Shown one piece after another: positions 9,440 through 18,486 of a DNA stretch of 64,000 nucleotides (positions are counted from its first letter, which is position 1; the number at the start of each line of letters is the position of its first letter). The DNA comes from Bacteroidota bacterium. Lineage in GTDB: Bacteria; Bacteroidota; Rhodothermia; JANXDC01. Under the pieces are notes generated by a model, which was given only the letters and a program-made list of their open reading frames with translations, was not told the DNA's origin and searched no databases. The stretch spans positions 629,589 through 693,588 of the forward strand of contig AP024675.1 of NCBI GenBank assembly GCA_025998875.1. Reading direction: 5' to 3'. The translations under genes were made by a program, and so were the position numbers.

Positions 9440-11413
9440 TCAGGGCTTTTGTCGTGCTTGGCTATGGCTCGGCTCCTCCATGCTGATGATGCGTTGGTGA
9501 ATTTCTTCCTGAATCGCCTTTAGGAACACCTCCAAAGGGTGTCTTCCCAGATCGCCCTTGCGGTGGCGCCGAACCGCCACCGTGCCGGTAGCCTGCTCTT
9601 GGGCGCCCAGGACAAGCATATAGGGAACCTTCTGGGTTTCCCAGTATCGGATCTTGTAGCCCACCTTTTCATCGCGCTCGTCGAGCTCAACCCGGATCCC
9701 GGCCTGCAGCAGCTGATCCTGTACCGTGCGGGCATAAGGCAGAAAATCCTCACCCACCGGGATCAGGGCGACCTGAACGGGGGCCAGCCAGGTGGGAAAA
9801 GCCCCGCCGTAGTGCTCGATGAGCAGGCCCACGATGCGCTCGAAGGATCCAAAGGGGGCGCGGTGAATCACCACGGGCCGATGTCTGGCCCCATCAGGCC
9901 CCACATACTCGAGCCCGAACCGCTCGGGCATGACGTAGTCGACCTGCACGGTACCCAGCTGCCAGGCGCGACCCAGCACGTCGCGGACCATGAAGTCGAT
10001 CTTCGGCCCGTAGAAGGAAGCCTCCCCGATGCCGATGAAGTACTCCAGCCCCATGCGTTCGGCTGCGGCCCGCACGTCGGCCTCGGCCTGCTCCCAGAGC
10101 TCTTCCGACCCCCCGTACTTTTCCCGGTTGGCCGGATCCCGGAACGAGAGCCGCACGCTCACCGCCTGCAGGCCGAGCGTGCGGAAAACATGTTGCGTGA
10201 GCGCGATCACCTCACAGAGCTCTTCGCGCAGCCCCTCACGGGTAACGAAGATATGCGCATCATCCTGCGTAAAGCCGCGCACACGTATGAGCCCCGTAAG
10301 CTCGCCGGATTGCTCATAGCGGTATACGGTGCCGAACTCGGCGATCCGCAACGGCAATTCCCGGTAGCTGCGCGGCCGGGCCGCATAGATCATAAAATGG
10401 TGCGGGCAGTTCATGGGCTTGAGCAAGTATTCCTCCCCCTCGATCTGCATGGGGGGAAACTGGCTGTCCTTGTAGTATGGATAATGCCCGCTTGTCTTGT
10501 ACAGCTCGATGTTGCCCACATGCGGGGTATAGACGATCTGGTAGCCCCGACGACGCTGCTCCTCGCGCAGAAAACGCTCCAGCTCATGGCGAATTATGGC
10601 GCCCTTTGGCAACCAGATCGGCAACCCCTGACCCACGCGGGGATCGAGCAGAAAAAGCTCCAATTCCTGTCCCAGCCTGCGGTGATCACGCCGTTTAGCC
10701 TCCTCCAGCCGACGCAGGTAATCTTCCAGCATGGACTGCTTCGGAAAGGAGATCCCGTAAATGCGGGTCAGCTGGGGGCGATCCGATCGTCCCCGCCAGT
10801 AGGCGGCGGCCACGTTGAGCAACTTGACGTGCTTGATATAGCCTGTGGAAGGCACATGCGGCCCCCGACACAGATCCGTAAAAGCCCCCTGGGTGTAGAA
10901 GGTGATCGCACCATCGGGGAGCTCTTCGAGCAGCTCCAGTTTGTAGGGATCCCCTTTTTGCCGGAAGTAGGCGATCGCCTCTTCTTTGGAAACCTCCCGG
11001 CGCTGGAAGGGCACATCGCGCCGGATCAGTTCGCGCATTTTCTCCTCCAGCCGGGCCAGATCCTCCCCGGTAAGCCGGCGGTCTCCGAGATCCACGTCGT
11101 AATAAAACCCGTTGTCGATAGGGGGACCGATGCCGAATTTGACGCCGGGAAAGAGCGCCTCCAGCGCTTCGGCCATCACGTGTGCCGTGGAGTGCCAGTA
11201 CGTCTTGCGTCCCCACTCGTCTTCCCAGGTCAACAGACGCACGCGGGCCGAACGGGTAATGGGACGGGTCAAATCCCAGACCTCGCCGTCCACCTCGATC
11301 GCCAGCGCTTCGCGCTCCCATCGGGGACCGAGCTGGCGGGCTACCTGTAGACCTGTAATACCCGCTGGCACCTCCAGAAGACGGCCATCGGGCAGTTGGA
11401 GCTGAATGGACAT
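9440..11413 (-). CDS. thrS: threonine--tRNA ligase
   Basis: TGS-like N-terminus MSIQLQLPDGRLLEVPAG..., class II core and anticodon-binding domain. ATG verified at 11413; the track ORF extends to 11557. Confidence 0.95.
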   Translation of the reverse strand: MSIQLQLPDGRLLEVPAGITGLQVARQLGPRWEREALAIEVDGEVWDLTRPITRSARVRLLTWEDEWGRKTYWHSTAHVMAEALEALFPGVKFGIGPPIDNGFYYDVDLGDRRLTGEDLARLEEKMRELIRRDVPFQRREVSKEEAIAYFRQKGDPYKLELLEELPDGAITFYTQGAFTDLCRGPHVPSTGYIKHVKLLNVAAAYWRGRSDRPQLTRIYGISFPKQSMLEDYLRRLEEAKRRDHRRLGQELELFLLDPRVGQGLPIWLPKGAIIRHELERFLREEQRRRGYQIVYTPHVGNIELYKTSGHYPYYKDSQFPPMQIEGEEYLLKPMNCPHHFMIYAARPRSYRELPLRIAEFGTVYRYEQSGELTGLIRVRGFTQDDAHIFVTREGLREELCEVIALTQHVFRTLGLQAVSVRLSFRDPANREKYGGSEELWEQAEADVRAAAERMGLEYFIGIGEASFYGPKIDFMVRDVLGRAWQLGTVQVDYVMPERFGLEYVGPDGARHRPVVIHRAPFGSFERIVGLLIEHYGGAFPTWLAPVQVALIPVGEDFLPYARTVQDQLLQAGIRVELDERDEKVGYKIRYWETQKVPYMLVLGAQEQATGTVAVRRHRKGDLGRHPLEVFLKAIQEEIHQRIISMEEPSHSQARQKP

Positions 11414-11555
11414 ACCCGGTAATGCCCGTTGCGGGGTGAAATTACGCCACAACGGCCGCCGATAGCAAACCTCCCCCATTGCCCCGCGGCGATGGGGAGC
11501 CGGATATTTTGGAGGTGCAACTTTCGGGGCTTTTCTGCGAAAAACCTCTCTGTCC

Positions 11556-13622
11556 ATGCCGGTCCGCTACAGCCCCCATATCGGCTGGTTGCTGGGAGCC
11601 CTCCTGCTCAACGGGCTCGTCTTCGGGCTCGATGCCTTCCTGTTGGCCCTGCAGACCGGAGTGGAAACCGGTTTGCACGTTCCGGAGCTGGCCCTGTTGC
11701 GTGGGCTCGCCCTCGTGGCCAGCTATACGGCCCTGTTTGTGTACTTTCACCGACGCTACCAATCCTATCGGCCTGAGCCGCTGGAGGCGCTCTGGACGGT
11801 CCTGCTGGCCGGTCTGGGCCTTCTGCTACTGGCCTATGGCTTCGATGCCCTCTCGGGATCGGTCGAGCACCGGGGTGCGGCGGGCGGGATACGAGGCCTG
11901 CTGCGCGCCCGGGTGTTCGACCTCGGACAGGCGCTCTACACTTTCTGGACGCTGTTCAACCTCCGGGAGCTTGTGCTTTTTAAGCGCACCCTGCGGGCCG
12001 TGCGATACTGGAACGCCATGCTGGTGGTCTTCGCCCTGAGCGCCTTTAGCCTCTTCATGGCCTCCTACCAGCAGGCACCCCACCTGATCGCCCGGATCCT
12101 GGGCTTCGTCGCCATACTGCTCATGATCTGGTGCAGCATGCGCCTGGCCTGGATCGTGTACCTGCCTGCCCGGAAAAAACTGCTCGCGCTGCTGCTGGCG
12201 GGTCTAAACCTGCTCGTCATGGCCGTACTCCTGGGAAGCCAGCTGGGCTTCTGGCCCTCGGAGGAGGTCCGCCGGGAGGCGGGTTGGCTGTACGACTATC
12301 CGCTGGAGATGTTCGGCCTGCTCACGCTCGCCTTCGGTATCCTCTACAATAGCACGACCATCCTGAGCACGCTCTTTCATCTGCCCACTTCTTCCATTTT
12401 CGAACGCCGACAGACGGAGCTCTCCAGCCTGCACAACGTCAGCCGGCTGATCACCGAGGTGTTCGACCCGGAAAAGCTCGTGCGCACGGTCACCACCTCG
12501 GCCGCCGAGGCTGTCGGCGCCCGGGCTGCCTGGCTGGAGGTGCTCGACTGGCAGTCCGGAACCGTCCATCCCCGGCTGGCGGCCTGGTGTGGCATCGAAC
12601 CCGAACAGATCGCACACTGGGTGAACGGAGAGCTCTCCCGTATCGTGCTGGAAAACCGACAGACCGTTGTGCTGCACAGCCTGGAGGGCCGATCCGGATC
12701 CCTGGTGGTCGTGCCCCTCTATGCGCGGCAGGAGCCCATCGGGGTGCTCTATGTGCTCAAAGAGGTCTCCTTCGGCTTCGAGGCGGACGATGTGCTCCTG
12801 CTCCGTACGCTGGCCGACCAGGCGGCGCTCGTGCTGGAAAACGCCCGCCTTTTTACCCTCTCCCTGGAACGAGAAAGACTGAAACGGGAACTGGAGATCG
12901 CCCGACGCATCCAGCAACGCCTCCTGCCTCTGGAACTCCCCCGTTACCCCGGTCTGCACATCAGCGCCCGCGCCATGATGGCCGAAGAGGTCGGAGGCGA
13001 TTACTACGACTTTTACGCCCGCCCGGACGGACGGCTGGCCTTCGCCATCGCCGACGTTTCGGGCAAAGGCATCTCGGCCGCTTTTTACATGGCCGAGCTC
13101 AAAGGCATCTTTCAGGTGCTGGCCAGAGAAAGCCTGCGCCCCGTCGAACTGCTCACGCGCATCAACGAGGCCTTGAGCGCCCATCTGGAGAGCCGGCTTT
13201 TCGTCAGCATGCTCGTCGGATGGATGGATATGCGCACTTTCCGCGTCCACCTGGCCCGGGCCGGACACCCCCCCGCCCTGCTACGCCGGTCCAGTGGAGA
13301 AACCTGCTTTCTGCGCACCCGAGGTCCGGGACTGGGTCTGGTCCGGGATGGCCGATTCAGCAGTCTGGTCGAGGAGTGTGAGCTACAACTCGATCCGGGC
13401 GATCTTTTCCTGCTCTACACCGATGGCCTCATCGAGCTGCGCAACGAGCGAGGAGAGGAATTTGGCTATGAACGCCTGTTCGAGATCGTCCATCAGCACG
13501 GATCCTCGGCCCGGGAACTGGAACATGCCCTGCTGGAAGCCGTCGCCACCCACCGGGGAGCCAACCCGTGGCATGATGATCTAACGCTCGTTATCCTACA
13601 ACGCACCGGAGGGGAGCCATGA
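11556..13622 (+). CDS. membrane sensor PP2C-type phosphatase (RsbU/SpoIIE-like): polytopic N-terminus, GAF, PP2C
   Basis: 688 aa. About 250 N-terminal residues with 6-8 hydrophobic helices, a GAF-like middle region, and a C-terminal PP2C/SpoIIE domain (ARRIQQRLLP...VGGDYYDF...IADVSGKGISAAFYMAELKG...DGLIE). Confidence 0.8.
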   Translation: MPVRYSPHIGWLLGALLLNGLVFGLDAFLLALQTGVETGLHVPELALLRGLALVASYTALFVYFHRRYQSYRPEPLEALWTVLLAGLGLLLLAYGFDALSGSVEHRGAAGGIRGLLRARVFDLGQALYTFWTLFNLRELVLFKRTLRAVRYWNAMLVVFALSAFSLFMASYQQAPHLIARILGFVAILLMIWCSMRLAWIVYLPARKKLLALLLAGLNLLVMAVLLGSQLGFWPSEEVRREAGWLYDYPLEMFGLLTLAFGILYNSTTILSTLFHLPTSSIFERRQTELSSLHNVSRLITEVFDPEKLVRTVTTSAAEAVGARAAWLEVLDWQSGTVHPRLAAWCGIEPEQIAHWVNGELSRIVLENRQTVVLHSLEGRSGSLVVVPLYARQEPIGVLYVLKEVSFGFEADDVLLLRTLADQAALVLENARLFTLSLERERLKRELEIARRIQQRLLPLELPRYPGLHISARAMMAEEVGGDYYDFYARPDGRLAFAIADVSGKGISAAFYMAELKGIFQVLARESLRPVELLTRINEALSAHLESRLFVSMLVGWMDMRTFRVHLARAGHPPALLRRSSGETCFLRTRGPGLGLVRDGRFSSLVEECELQLDPGDLFLLYTDGLIELRNERGEEFGYERLFEIVHQHGSSARELEHALLEAVATHRGANPWHDDLTLVILQRTGGEP

Positions 13623-13990
13623 GCCAGTTTTCCGTCTCCTTTCGCCAGCACAATGGGGTGGATATCCTCGAGCTGCGAGGGGAACTCGATGCCCACACGG
13701 CCTCGGAGCTGGAGGCCGCCTTTGAGCGCCTGCTTCAGGAGGGTCGCTGTCGCGTCGTGATCAACTGCGCCGAGCTGAGCTACATCTCCAGCGCCGGCCT
13801 GGGGGTTTTCATGGCTTATGTGGAGGAGATGCGCAGCCGGGGCGGGGACATCAAGTTCTGCCACATGAGCCCGAAGATCTACAATATCTTCGACCTGCTG
13901 GGTTTTCCCCTGCTGTACGATATCCTGCCCACCGAAACCGAGGCGATCGCCCGCTTTAGCTCCCATGCCCAAACCTCGCAATCGGAGTGA
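13619..13990 (+). CDS. anti-sigma-factor antagonist (STAS domain, RsbV/SpoIIAA-like)
   Basis: 123 aa; ...GELDAHTASELEAAFERLL...INCAELSYISSAGLG is the STAS signature. Its ATG overlaps the upstream stop (ATGA). Confidence 0.85.
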   Translation: MSQFSVSFRQHNGVDILELRGELDAHTASELEAAFERLLQEGRCRVVINCAELSYISSAGLGVFMAYVEEMRSRGGDIKFCHMSPKIYNIFDLLGFPLLYDILPTETEAIARFSSHAQTSQSE

Positions 13991-14387
13991 GCTCACCATA
14001 CCGAGCCGTACAGAGGCCCTGGCCCGAGTACGCCGGTTTGTGCGTCGAAAAGCCCTGCGCATGGGCTTCACGGAAGAGGCCGTCGACCAGATCGTGATCG
14101 CCGTCGATGAGGCCTGCTCGAACATCATCCGGCACGCTTACGGGGGAGATCCCGCCCAGCAGATCCAGATCGTCGTCGACACCTATCCAGATCGGCTTGA
14201 GATCACGCTCTCCGACCAAGGACGGCGTTTTGATCCGAGCACATACCGGGAACCCGATCCGCAGAAGCTGGCCCGTTCCGGCCAGCGAGGGGGTCTGGGC
14301 CTGCTCCTCATGCGCCGCCTCATGGACGAGATCCAGTACGACTATCGGGATGAGTTCAACATTGTTCGGCTGATCAAATACCTATGA
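13965..14387 (+). CDS. anti-sigma regulatory factor Ser/Thr kinase (RsbW/SpoIIAB-like, HATPase_c)
   Basis: 140 aa; ...AVDEACSNIIRHAYGG...QGRRFDP...GGLGLLLMRRLMDE is GHKL kinase-like. It overlaps the STAS gene by 26 nt. Confidence 0.8.
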   Translation: MPKPRNRSELTIPSRTEALARVRRFVRRKALRMGFTEEAVDQIVIAVDEACSNIIRHAYGGDPAQQIQIVVDTYPDRLEITLSDQGRRFDPSTYREPDPQKLARSGQRGGLGLLLMRRLMDEIQYDYRDEFNIVRLIKYL

Positions 14388-16066
14388 CCCCACCCCTCTG
14401 GAACGTCCCTCCGCGCTACGATCTGGACTCCCTGCTGGAGACCAGTCGGCTTCTTGTGGGCTCGCTGGATGCGGACTTTATCCTGGACAACCTGCTCCGG
14501 ATCGCCATGGCCAAGGTGCTCACCTCCCGGGGGGTAATCCTGCTCCGCCAATCCGCAAACCGGTTCCGCGTGGCCCGTGCCCGAGGGATTCCGGACTGGA
14601 GTCCGGGAGCCGAACTTGAGCTGCCCGAAGCATGGCCCCCGAAGGATGGCCGCCTGCATCTGCCGGAATCCCTCCGAAAGCGGGGCCTTGTGTCCTGTTT
14701 TCTGCTGCGAAGCGGACAGGGGTTGCTCGGCCTGCTCGGCCTGGGACCCAAGGCGACCGGAGAACCCTACTCCAGCTATGAGGCCCAGTACATCGAGGCG
14801 CTAGCCAACATCACGGCCATGGGGCTGGAGAACGCCTTCGCCGTCAACCGGCTCCGAGAAATGAACCGGACCCTGGACCGACGCGTGCACGAACTGGAAA
14901 CGCTGCTGGATCTGAGTCGGGCGCTCAACAGCACCCTGGATCGAGAGGTCCTGCTCAAGCGGATCGGCTATACGCTCATGGGCCAGCTGCTGGTGGCCCG
15001 GTTTGCGATCCTGTTCCGCCCCCCGAATCGCCCGACAACCGTGTTGCTGGAACGCGGCCTTGCGCAAGCGCTCTCTGCCGAGCTCATCCCGGAAAGCTGG
15101 CTGCAGGAACCCCGTCCCCGCCGCATCGATCCCGACAGTGCGCTGGCCGCCTGGGGGCTGGAATGGATGGTGCCCATCTGGCTTTCCGATGGCCCGCGCG
15201 GGGTGCTCCTGTTGGGCAGTCGTGCCACGGGCGACCCGTTCGAGGAACAGGAGATCCGCTTTCTGGAGGCCGCCGCCCAGCTGGCCGGTATCGCGCTGGA
15301 GAACACCTATTTGTTTGAGGCGCACCTGGAAAAACAGCGCCTGGAGGAGGAACTGCACATCGCCCGACGCATTCAGCAGGGGCTGCTGCCGCGAACCATA
15401 CCCGATATACCGGGCTGCGAACTGGCCGCTTACTTGCACCCCGTGCGTCCGGTGGGGGGAGACTATTACGACGTACTGCCCCTTGAAGGCGGGCGATTCC
15501 TGCTGGCCGTCGCCGATGTGACAGGAAAAGGGGTGCCAGCCGCTCTGCTCATGGCCAACCTGCAGGCTATGTTGCATGTGCTGGCCCCCATTCCCATGTC
15601 TCTTGAAGAGGCCACAGCGCGCATCAACCGCATTATCTGCCACAATACGGATCCAGGTACCTTTATCACGTTCTTCTGGGGGATCCTCAATCCGGCTGAG
15701 CGCACCTTGCAGTATGTCAATGCCGGTCACGTCCCCCCGCTCCTTGTGCGCGCCAACGGCGACATCGAGGAACTCACCACCGGAGGCCTGCTCCTGGGCG
15801 TCATGGCGGAAACCGGAGCCTATGAGAGTCGAACCATCCAGCTACGTACGGGGGACACCCTGCTGCTCTACACCGACGGCCTTACGGAAACGTGCGATCC
15901 ACAGGGAAACTGCTACGATGAGGACCGCCTGCGGGCCACACTGTCCCGTCTGCGCCACGTACCCGCCTCCCTGCTGATCGAAGCGCTTCTCAGCGATGTG
16001 CGCGCATTCAGCGGAAAAGAAGATTTCGACGACGACCTGACCTTGCTTGTCCTGCGCCTTCTGTAG
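14384..16066 (+). CDS. GAF-domain PP2C-type phosphatase (RsbU/RsbP-like), soluble paralog
   Basis: 560 aa; the GAF regions and PP2C motifs (ARRIQQGLLP...VGGDYYDV...VADVTGKGVPAALLMANLQ...DGLTE) are paralogous to the 11556 gene. ATGA overlap with the upstream kinase. Confidence 0.8.
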   Translation: MTPPLWNVPPRYDLDSLLETSRLLVGSLDADFILDNLLRIAMAKVLTSRGVILLRQSANRFRVARARGIPDWSPGAELELPEAWPPKDGRLHLPESLRKRGLVSCFLLRSGQGLLGLLGLGPKATGEPYSSYEAQYIEALANITAMGLENAFAVNRLREMNRTLDRRVHELETLLDLSRALNSTLDREVLLKRIGYTLMGQLLVARFAILFRPPNRPTTVLLERGLAQALSAELIPESWLQEPRPRRIDPDSALAAWGLEWMVPIWLSDGPRGVLLLGSRATGDPFEEQEIRFLEAAAQLAGIALENTYLFEAHLEKQRLEEELHIARRIQQGLLPRTIPDIPGCELAAYLHPVRPVGGDYYDVLPLEGGRFLLAVADVTGKGVPAALLMANLQAMLHVLAPIPMSLEEATARINRIICHNTDPGTFITFFWGILNPAERTLQYVNAGHVPPLLVRANGDIEELTTGGLLLGVMAETGAYESRTIQLRTGDTLLLYTDGLTETCDPQGNCYDEDRLRATLSRLRHVPASLLIEALLSDVRAFSGKEDFDDDLTLLVLRLL

Positions 16067-16077
16067 GAGAGACCGCC

Positions 16078-16635
16078 ATGGATCACGGGCTGAAAGAAAC
16101 CCTTCTGCACAGCCAGCCCCTCGTTGAGGGGGTGCTATTGAAGGTGTATCGGGACACGGTACGCCTGCCCGATGGCCGAACTGCGATCCGGGAATGGATA
16201 CGCCATCCCGGCGCCGCGATCGCCGTTCCCCTCTTCCCGGATGGCAGCACCATCCTGGTACGACAGTTCCGCTACGCGGTGGGCAAAAGCTTTCTCGAAG
16301 TCCCGGCAGGCAAGCTCGATCATCCGGAGGCCGACCCGGAGGAGACCGCAAGGCGGGAGTTAGCTGAAGAAACGGGCTACCGGGCTGGCAAACTCACCTT
16401 CCTGGCGCGTTTCTACCCGTGCATAGGATACTCGAATGAGGTCATGTACCTGTACCTGGCCGAGGAGCTGGAGCCCGTCGTAAGCCACGCCGAAGAGGAC
16501 GAATTCCTGGAACCCGTTCGCCTCCCCTGGACTGAGGCACTCGATCGGATATACCGCAACGAGATCGAGGATATGAAATCCATGCTCGCCCTGTTGCTCG
16601 TAGATCGGTTTCTGACCATCCGGAACGCCCCGTAG
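16078..16635 (+). CDS. NUDIX hydrolase (ADP-ribose pyrophosphatase-like)
   Basis: Nudix box GKLDHPEADPEETARRELAEETGY; 185 aa. Confidence 0.8.
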   Translation: MDHGLKETLLHSQPLVEGVLLKVYRDTVRLPDGRTAIREWIRHPGAAIAVPLFPDGSTILVRQFRYAVGKSFLEVPAGKLDHPEADPEETARRELAEETGYRAGKLTFLARFYPCIGYSNEVMYLYLAEELEPVVSHAEEDEFLEPVRLPWTEALDRIYRNEIEDMKSMLALLLVDRFLTIRNAP

Positions 16636-16673
16636 GCATCGGCAGGGAAACGATCTCAGGGAGCACGGGGAGG

Positions 16674-17519
16674 CTATCGCTCCGGCCGGCGAAACCAGAC
16701 AACCCGAGGTTGGCCGGCGTAATCCTGCTCGAGCTTGGCCTCCCACCCGGCCTCACAGAACAGGTTTCGCACGGCCTCCCCGTAGTAGGCGTGCACTTCG
16801 ACGGCCAGCATCCCCCCGGGGCTCAGCAGACGGGGCAGATGCTTCTCTATGAGCCGATAATAGCGCAACGGATCGGTCCCACAGAAGAGGGCCTCCGGGG
16901 GCTCATAGCAGAGCTCCGGTTCCAGCGTCGACCGCTCCTGATCGGGTATATACGGAGGATTGGCCACGATCAGATCAAAGGACGGGCTTTCAGAGAGAAA
17001 ATTCCGATCCGCCACATCCGCCCGCACCCAGTGAACCGGACGGGCAAGCAAATCCCCGTTTTGCCGGGCCACGGCCAGCGCCTTGGGACTTATGTCCACT
17101 CCCCAGACCTCCGCAGAGGGGAAGAGTCGCTGCAAAGTCAGGGCCAGACAACCGGATCCCGTACCGATATCCAGAATACGCCCGGGATGAGCGGACATGT
17201 GCGCTCGCACCACATCGATCAGGCGCTCTGTTTCGGGCCGCGGTATGAGCACGTCCGGAGTAACCCGAAACACATCCTCATAGAAAGGGGCCCATCCCAG
17301 AATGTAGGCTACCGGTTCCCGCCGCAGACGCCGACTGAGCAACTGCAGAAATCGCGTCTGCTCCGACTCTCCTACGAGCTCACGGGAACGCATGTAGAGC
17401 TCCAGCCGTCCACATCCGAGCACATGGGCCAGGAGCCATTCTGCGCTCTGGCGTGCCTCAGGAACGCCGCAGCTCTCCAGATGCCACACAGCCTGCTGCA
17501 GTACATCCCGAATGGTCAT
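16674..17519 (-). CDS. prmC: release factor glutamine N5-methyltransferase
   Basis: HemK/PrmC family; NPPY motif (VANPPYIP); SAM-binding DIGTGSG. Confidence 0.85.
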   Translation of the reverse strand: MTIRDVLQQAVWHLESCGVPEARQSAEWLLAHVLGCGRLELYMRSRELVGESEQTRFLQLLSRRLRREPVAYILGWAPFYEDVFRVTPDVLIPRPETERLIDVVRAHMSAHPGRILDIGTGSGCLALTLQRLFPSAEVWGVDISPKALAVARQNGDLLARPVHWVRADVADRNFLSESPSFDLIVANPPYIPDQERSTLEPELCYEPPEALFCGTDPLRYYRLIEKHLPRLLSPGGMLAVEVHAYYGEAVRNLFCEAGWEAKLEQDYAGQPRVVWFRRPER

Positions 17520-17524
17520 CTGCC

Positions 17525-18319
17525 CTATCGGCCGAATTCATAGGAGAGGTACAGGGCTACCCCTTGGGAACGAGCGTACTCGGGCACATCCCGCGAGGTA
17601 ACCATGTGCGCCACGATAACGGGGAACAGCTTCCGACTTCCAGCAGGATCGATCTCCGCCAAACGACGCTTGAGGAAACGGTCCACATCGTTTCTGGAAA
17701 GCTGCACCTTGCTTTCTCCCACGATGAGTACCGGCAACCCATCCCTGCGCGCCCGCGCCAGGATATTGACCTCTATTTCTTGCCCCTTGCGGTCGGTGAG
17801 GTAGTCTCGTCTCAGGGGCTCTTCGAGCACGATCCCGTAGTCCCGCTCCAGGAGGGCGGGCAGATACCGGTACGCCTCGTTCTCCAGCGTGTATCCAACC
17901 GTAGCGGCCAGACCACCGAGTTGCCGGTTGGTCTCATCGATACGCCGATTTGTCTGCTCCAGCCGGTGGGCAAGCCGTTGTAACTGCTCTTCCGTCTTCC
18001 GCTGCGCCTCGGCTAGGGCATCTACCCGAGCCGTGAGCAGCCGTTGTGCTTCGGCTAGCTCATCTACCCGGGCCGTGAGCAACCGTTGTGCTTCGGCTAG
18101 TTCATCTACCCGGGCTGTGAGCCTTTCAAGCTGCTCTTCCGTCTTCCGCTGCGCCTCGGCTAGGGCATGGAGGACTCCTTGCAGCGCTTCCCAGTCGGCT
18201 TTTGTGACCGTCCGGGCCAGCTCTTCATAGAACTGGCTCATCACCTCGGCCAGACGCCGGGCGCCCTCCTCTCCAAGGGGTTCGCGCAGGTAGTAGTATA
18301 TCTGCAGCGTATCGGGCAT
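17525..18319 (-). CDS. coiled-coil repeat protein with C-terminal PD-(D/E)XK-like region (DUF3782-like)
   Basis: Central LTARVDELAEAQRL 14-aa tandem repeats. C-terminus has D...EIE...ESK, resembling a restriction-endonuclease-like fold. The track start at 18325 is TTG; the ATG is at 18319. Confidence 0.5.
   Translation of the reverse strand: MPDTLQIYYYLREPLGEEGARRLAEVMSQFYEELARTVTKADWEALQGVLHALAEAQRKTEEQLERLTARVDELAEAQRLLTARVDELAEAQRLLTARVDALAEAQRKTEEQLQRLAHRLEQTNRRIDETNRQLGGLAATVGYTLENEAYRYLPALLERDYGIVLEEPLRRDYLTDRKGQEIEVNILARARRDGLPVLIVGESKVQLSRNDVDRFLKRRLAEIDPAGSRKLFPVIVAHMVTSRDVPEYARSQGVALYLSYEFGR
17981..18170. repeat. intragenic tandem repeat: about 3 copies of a 42-bp unit, flanked by a duplicated 38-bp segment
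   Basis: Units CCGTTGTGCTTCGGCTAG(C/T)TCATCTACCCGGGC(C/T)GTGAGC(A/C)(A/T) at 18041-18082 and 18083-18124, plus a degenerate copy at 18002-18040. GCTGCTCTTCCGTCTTCCGCTGCGCCTCGGCTAGGGCAT is repeated at about 17984 and about 18131. Confidence 0.85.
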
Positions 18320-18340
18320 GATCAAAAATTATAAACGCAA

Positions 18341-18362
18341 AAGCCGGGCTGAAGTGCCCGGC
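18341..18362 (-). terminator. intrinsic terminator downstream of tRNA-Phe
   Basis: Stem GCCGGGC / loop TGAAGT / GCCCGGC, followed on the minus transcript by UUUUGCGUUUAUAAUUUUU. Confidence 0.6.
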
Positions 18363-18367
18363 CTCGG

Positions 18368-18440
18368 TGGACAGGGAGGGAGTCGAACCCCCGACACGAG
18401 GATTTTCAGTCCTCTGCTCTACCGCCTGAGCTACCTGTCC
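18368..18440 (-). tRNA. tRNA-Phe (anticodon GAA)
   Basis: Hand-folded cloverleaf GGACAGG-TA-GCTC...GAGGA-CTGAAAA-TCCTC...GGGGG-TTCGACT-CCCTC-CCTGTCC-A, 73 nt, CCA not encoded. Confidence 0.85.
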
Positions 18441-18486
18441 AGCGCGGCCGTAAAATACGCACGCGCCTCTTCCCCCGTCAAGGCCT

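Noticed and set aside
9539-11350. 603-aa ORF antisense to thrS
   Set aside because: thrS is unambiguous on the opposite strand, and the antisense product has no recognisable motif.
12204-13268. 354-aa ORF antisense to the membrane PP2C phosphatase, and the similar 14801..15730 ORF antisense to the second PP2C
   Set aside because: Sense-strand PP2C motifs are intact; the antisense ORFs are low-complexity.
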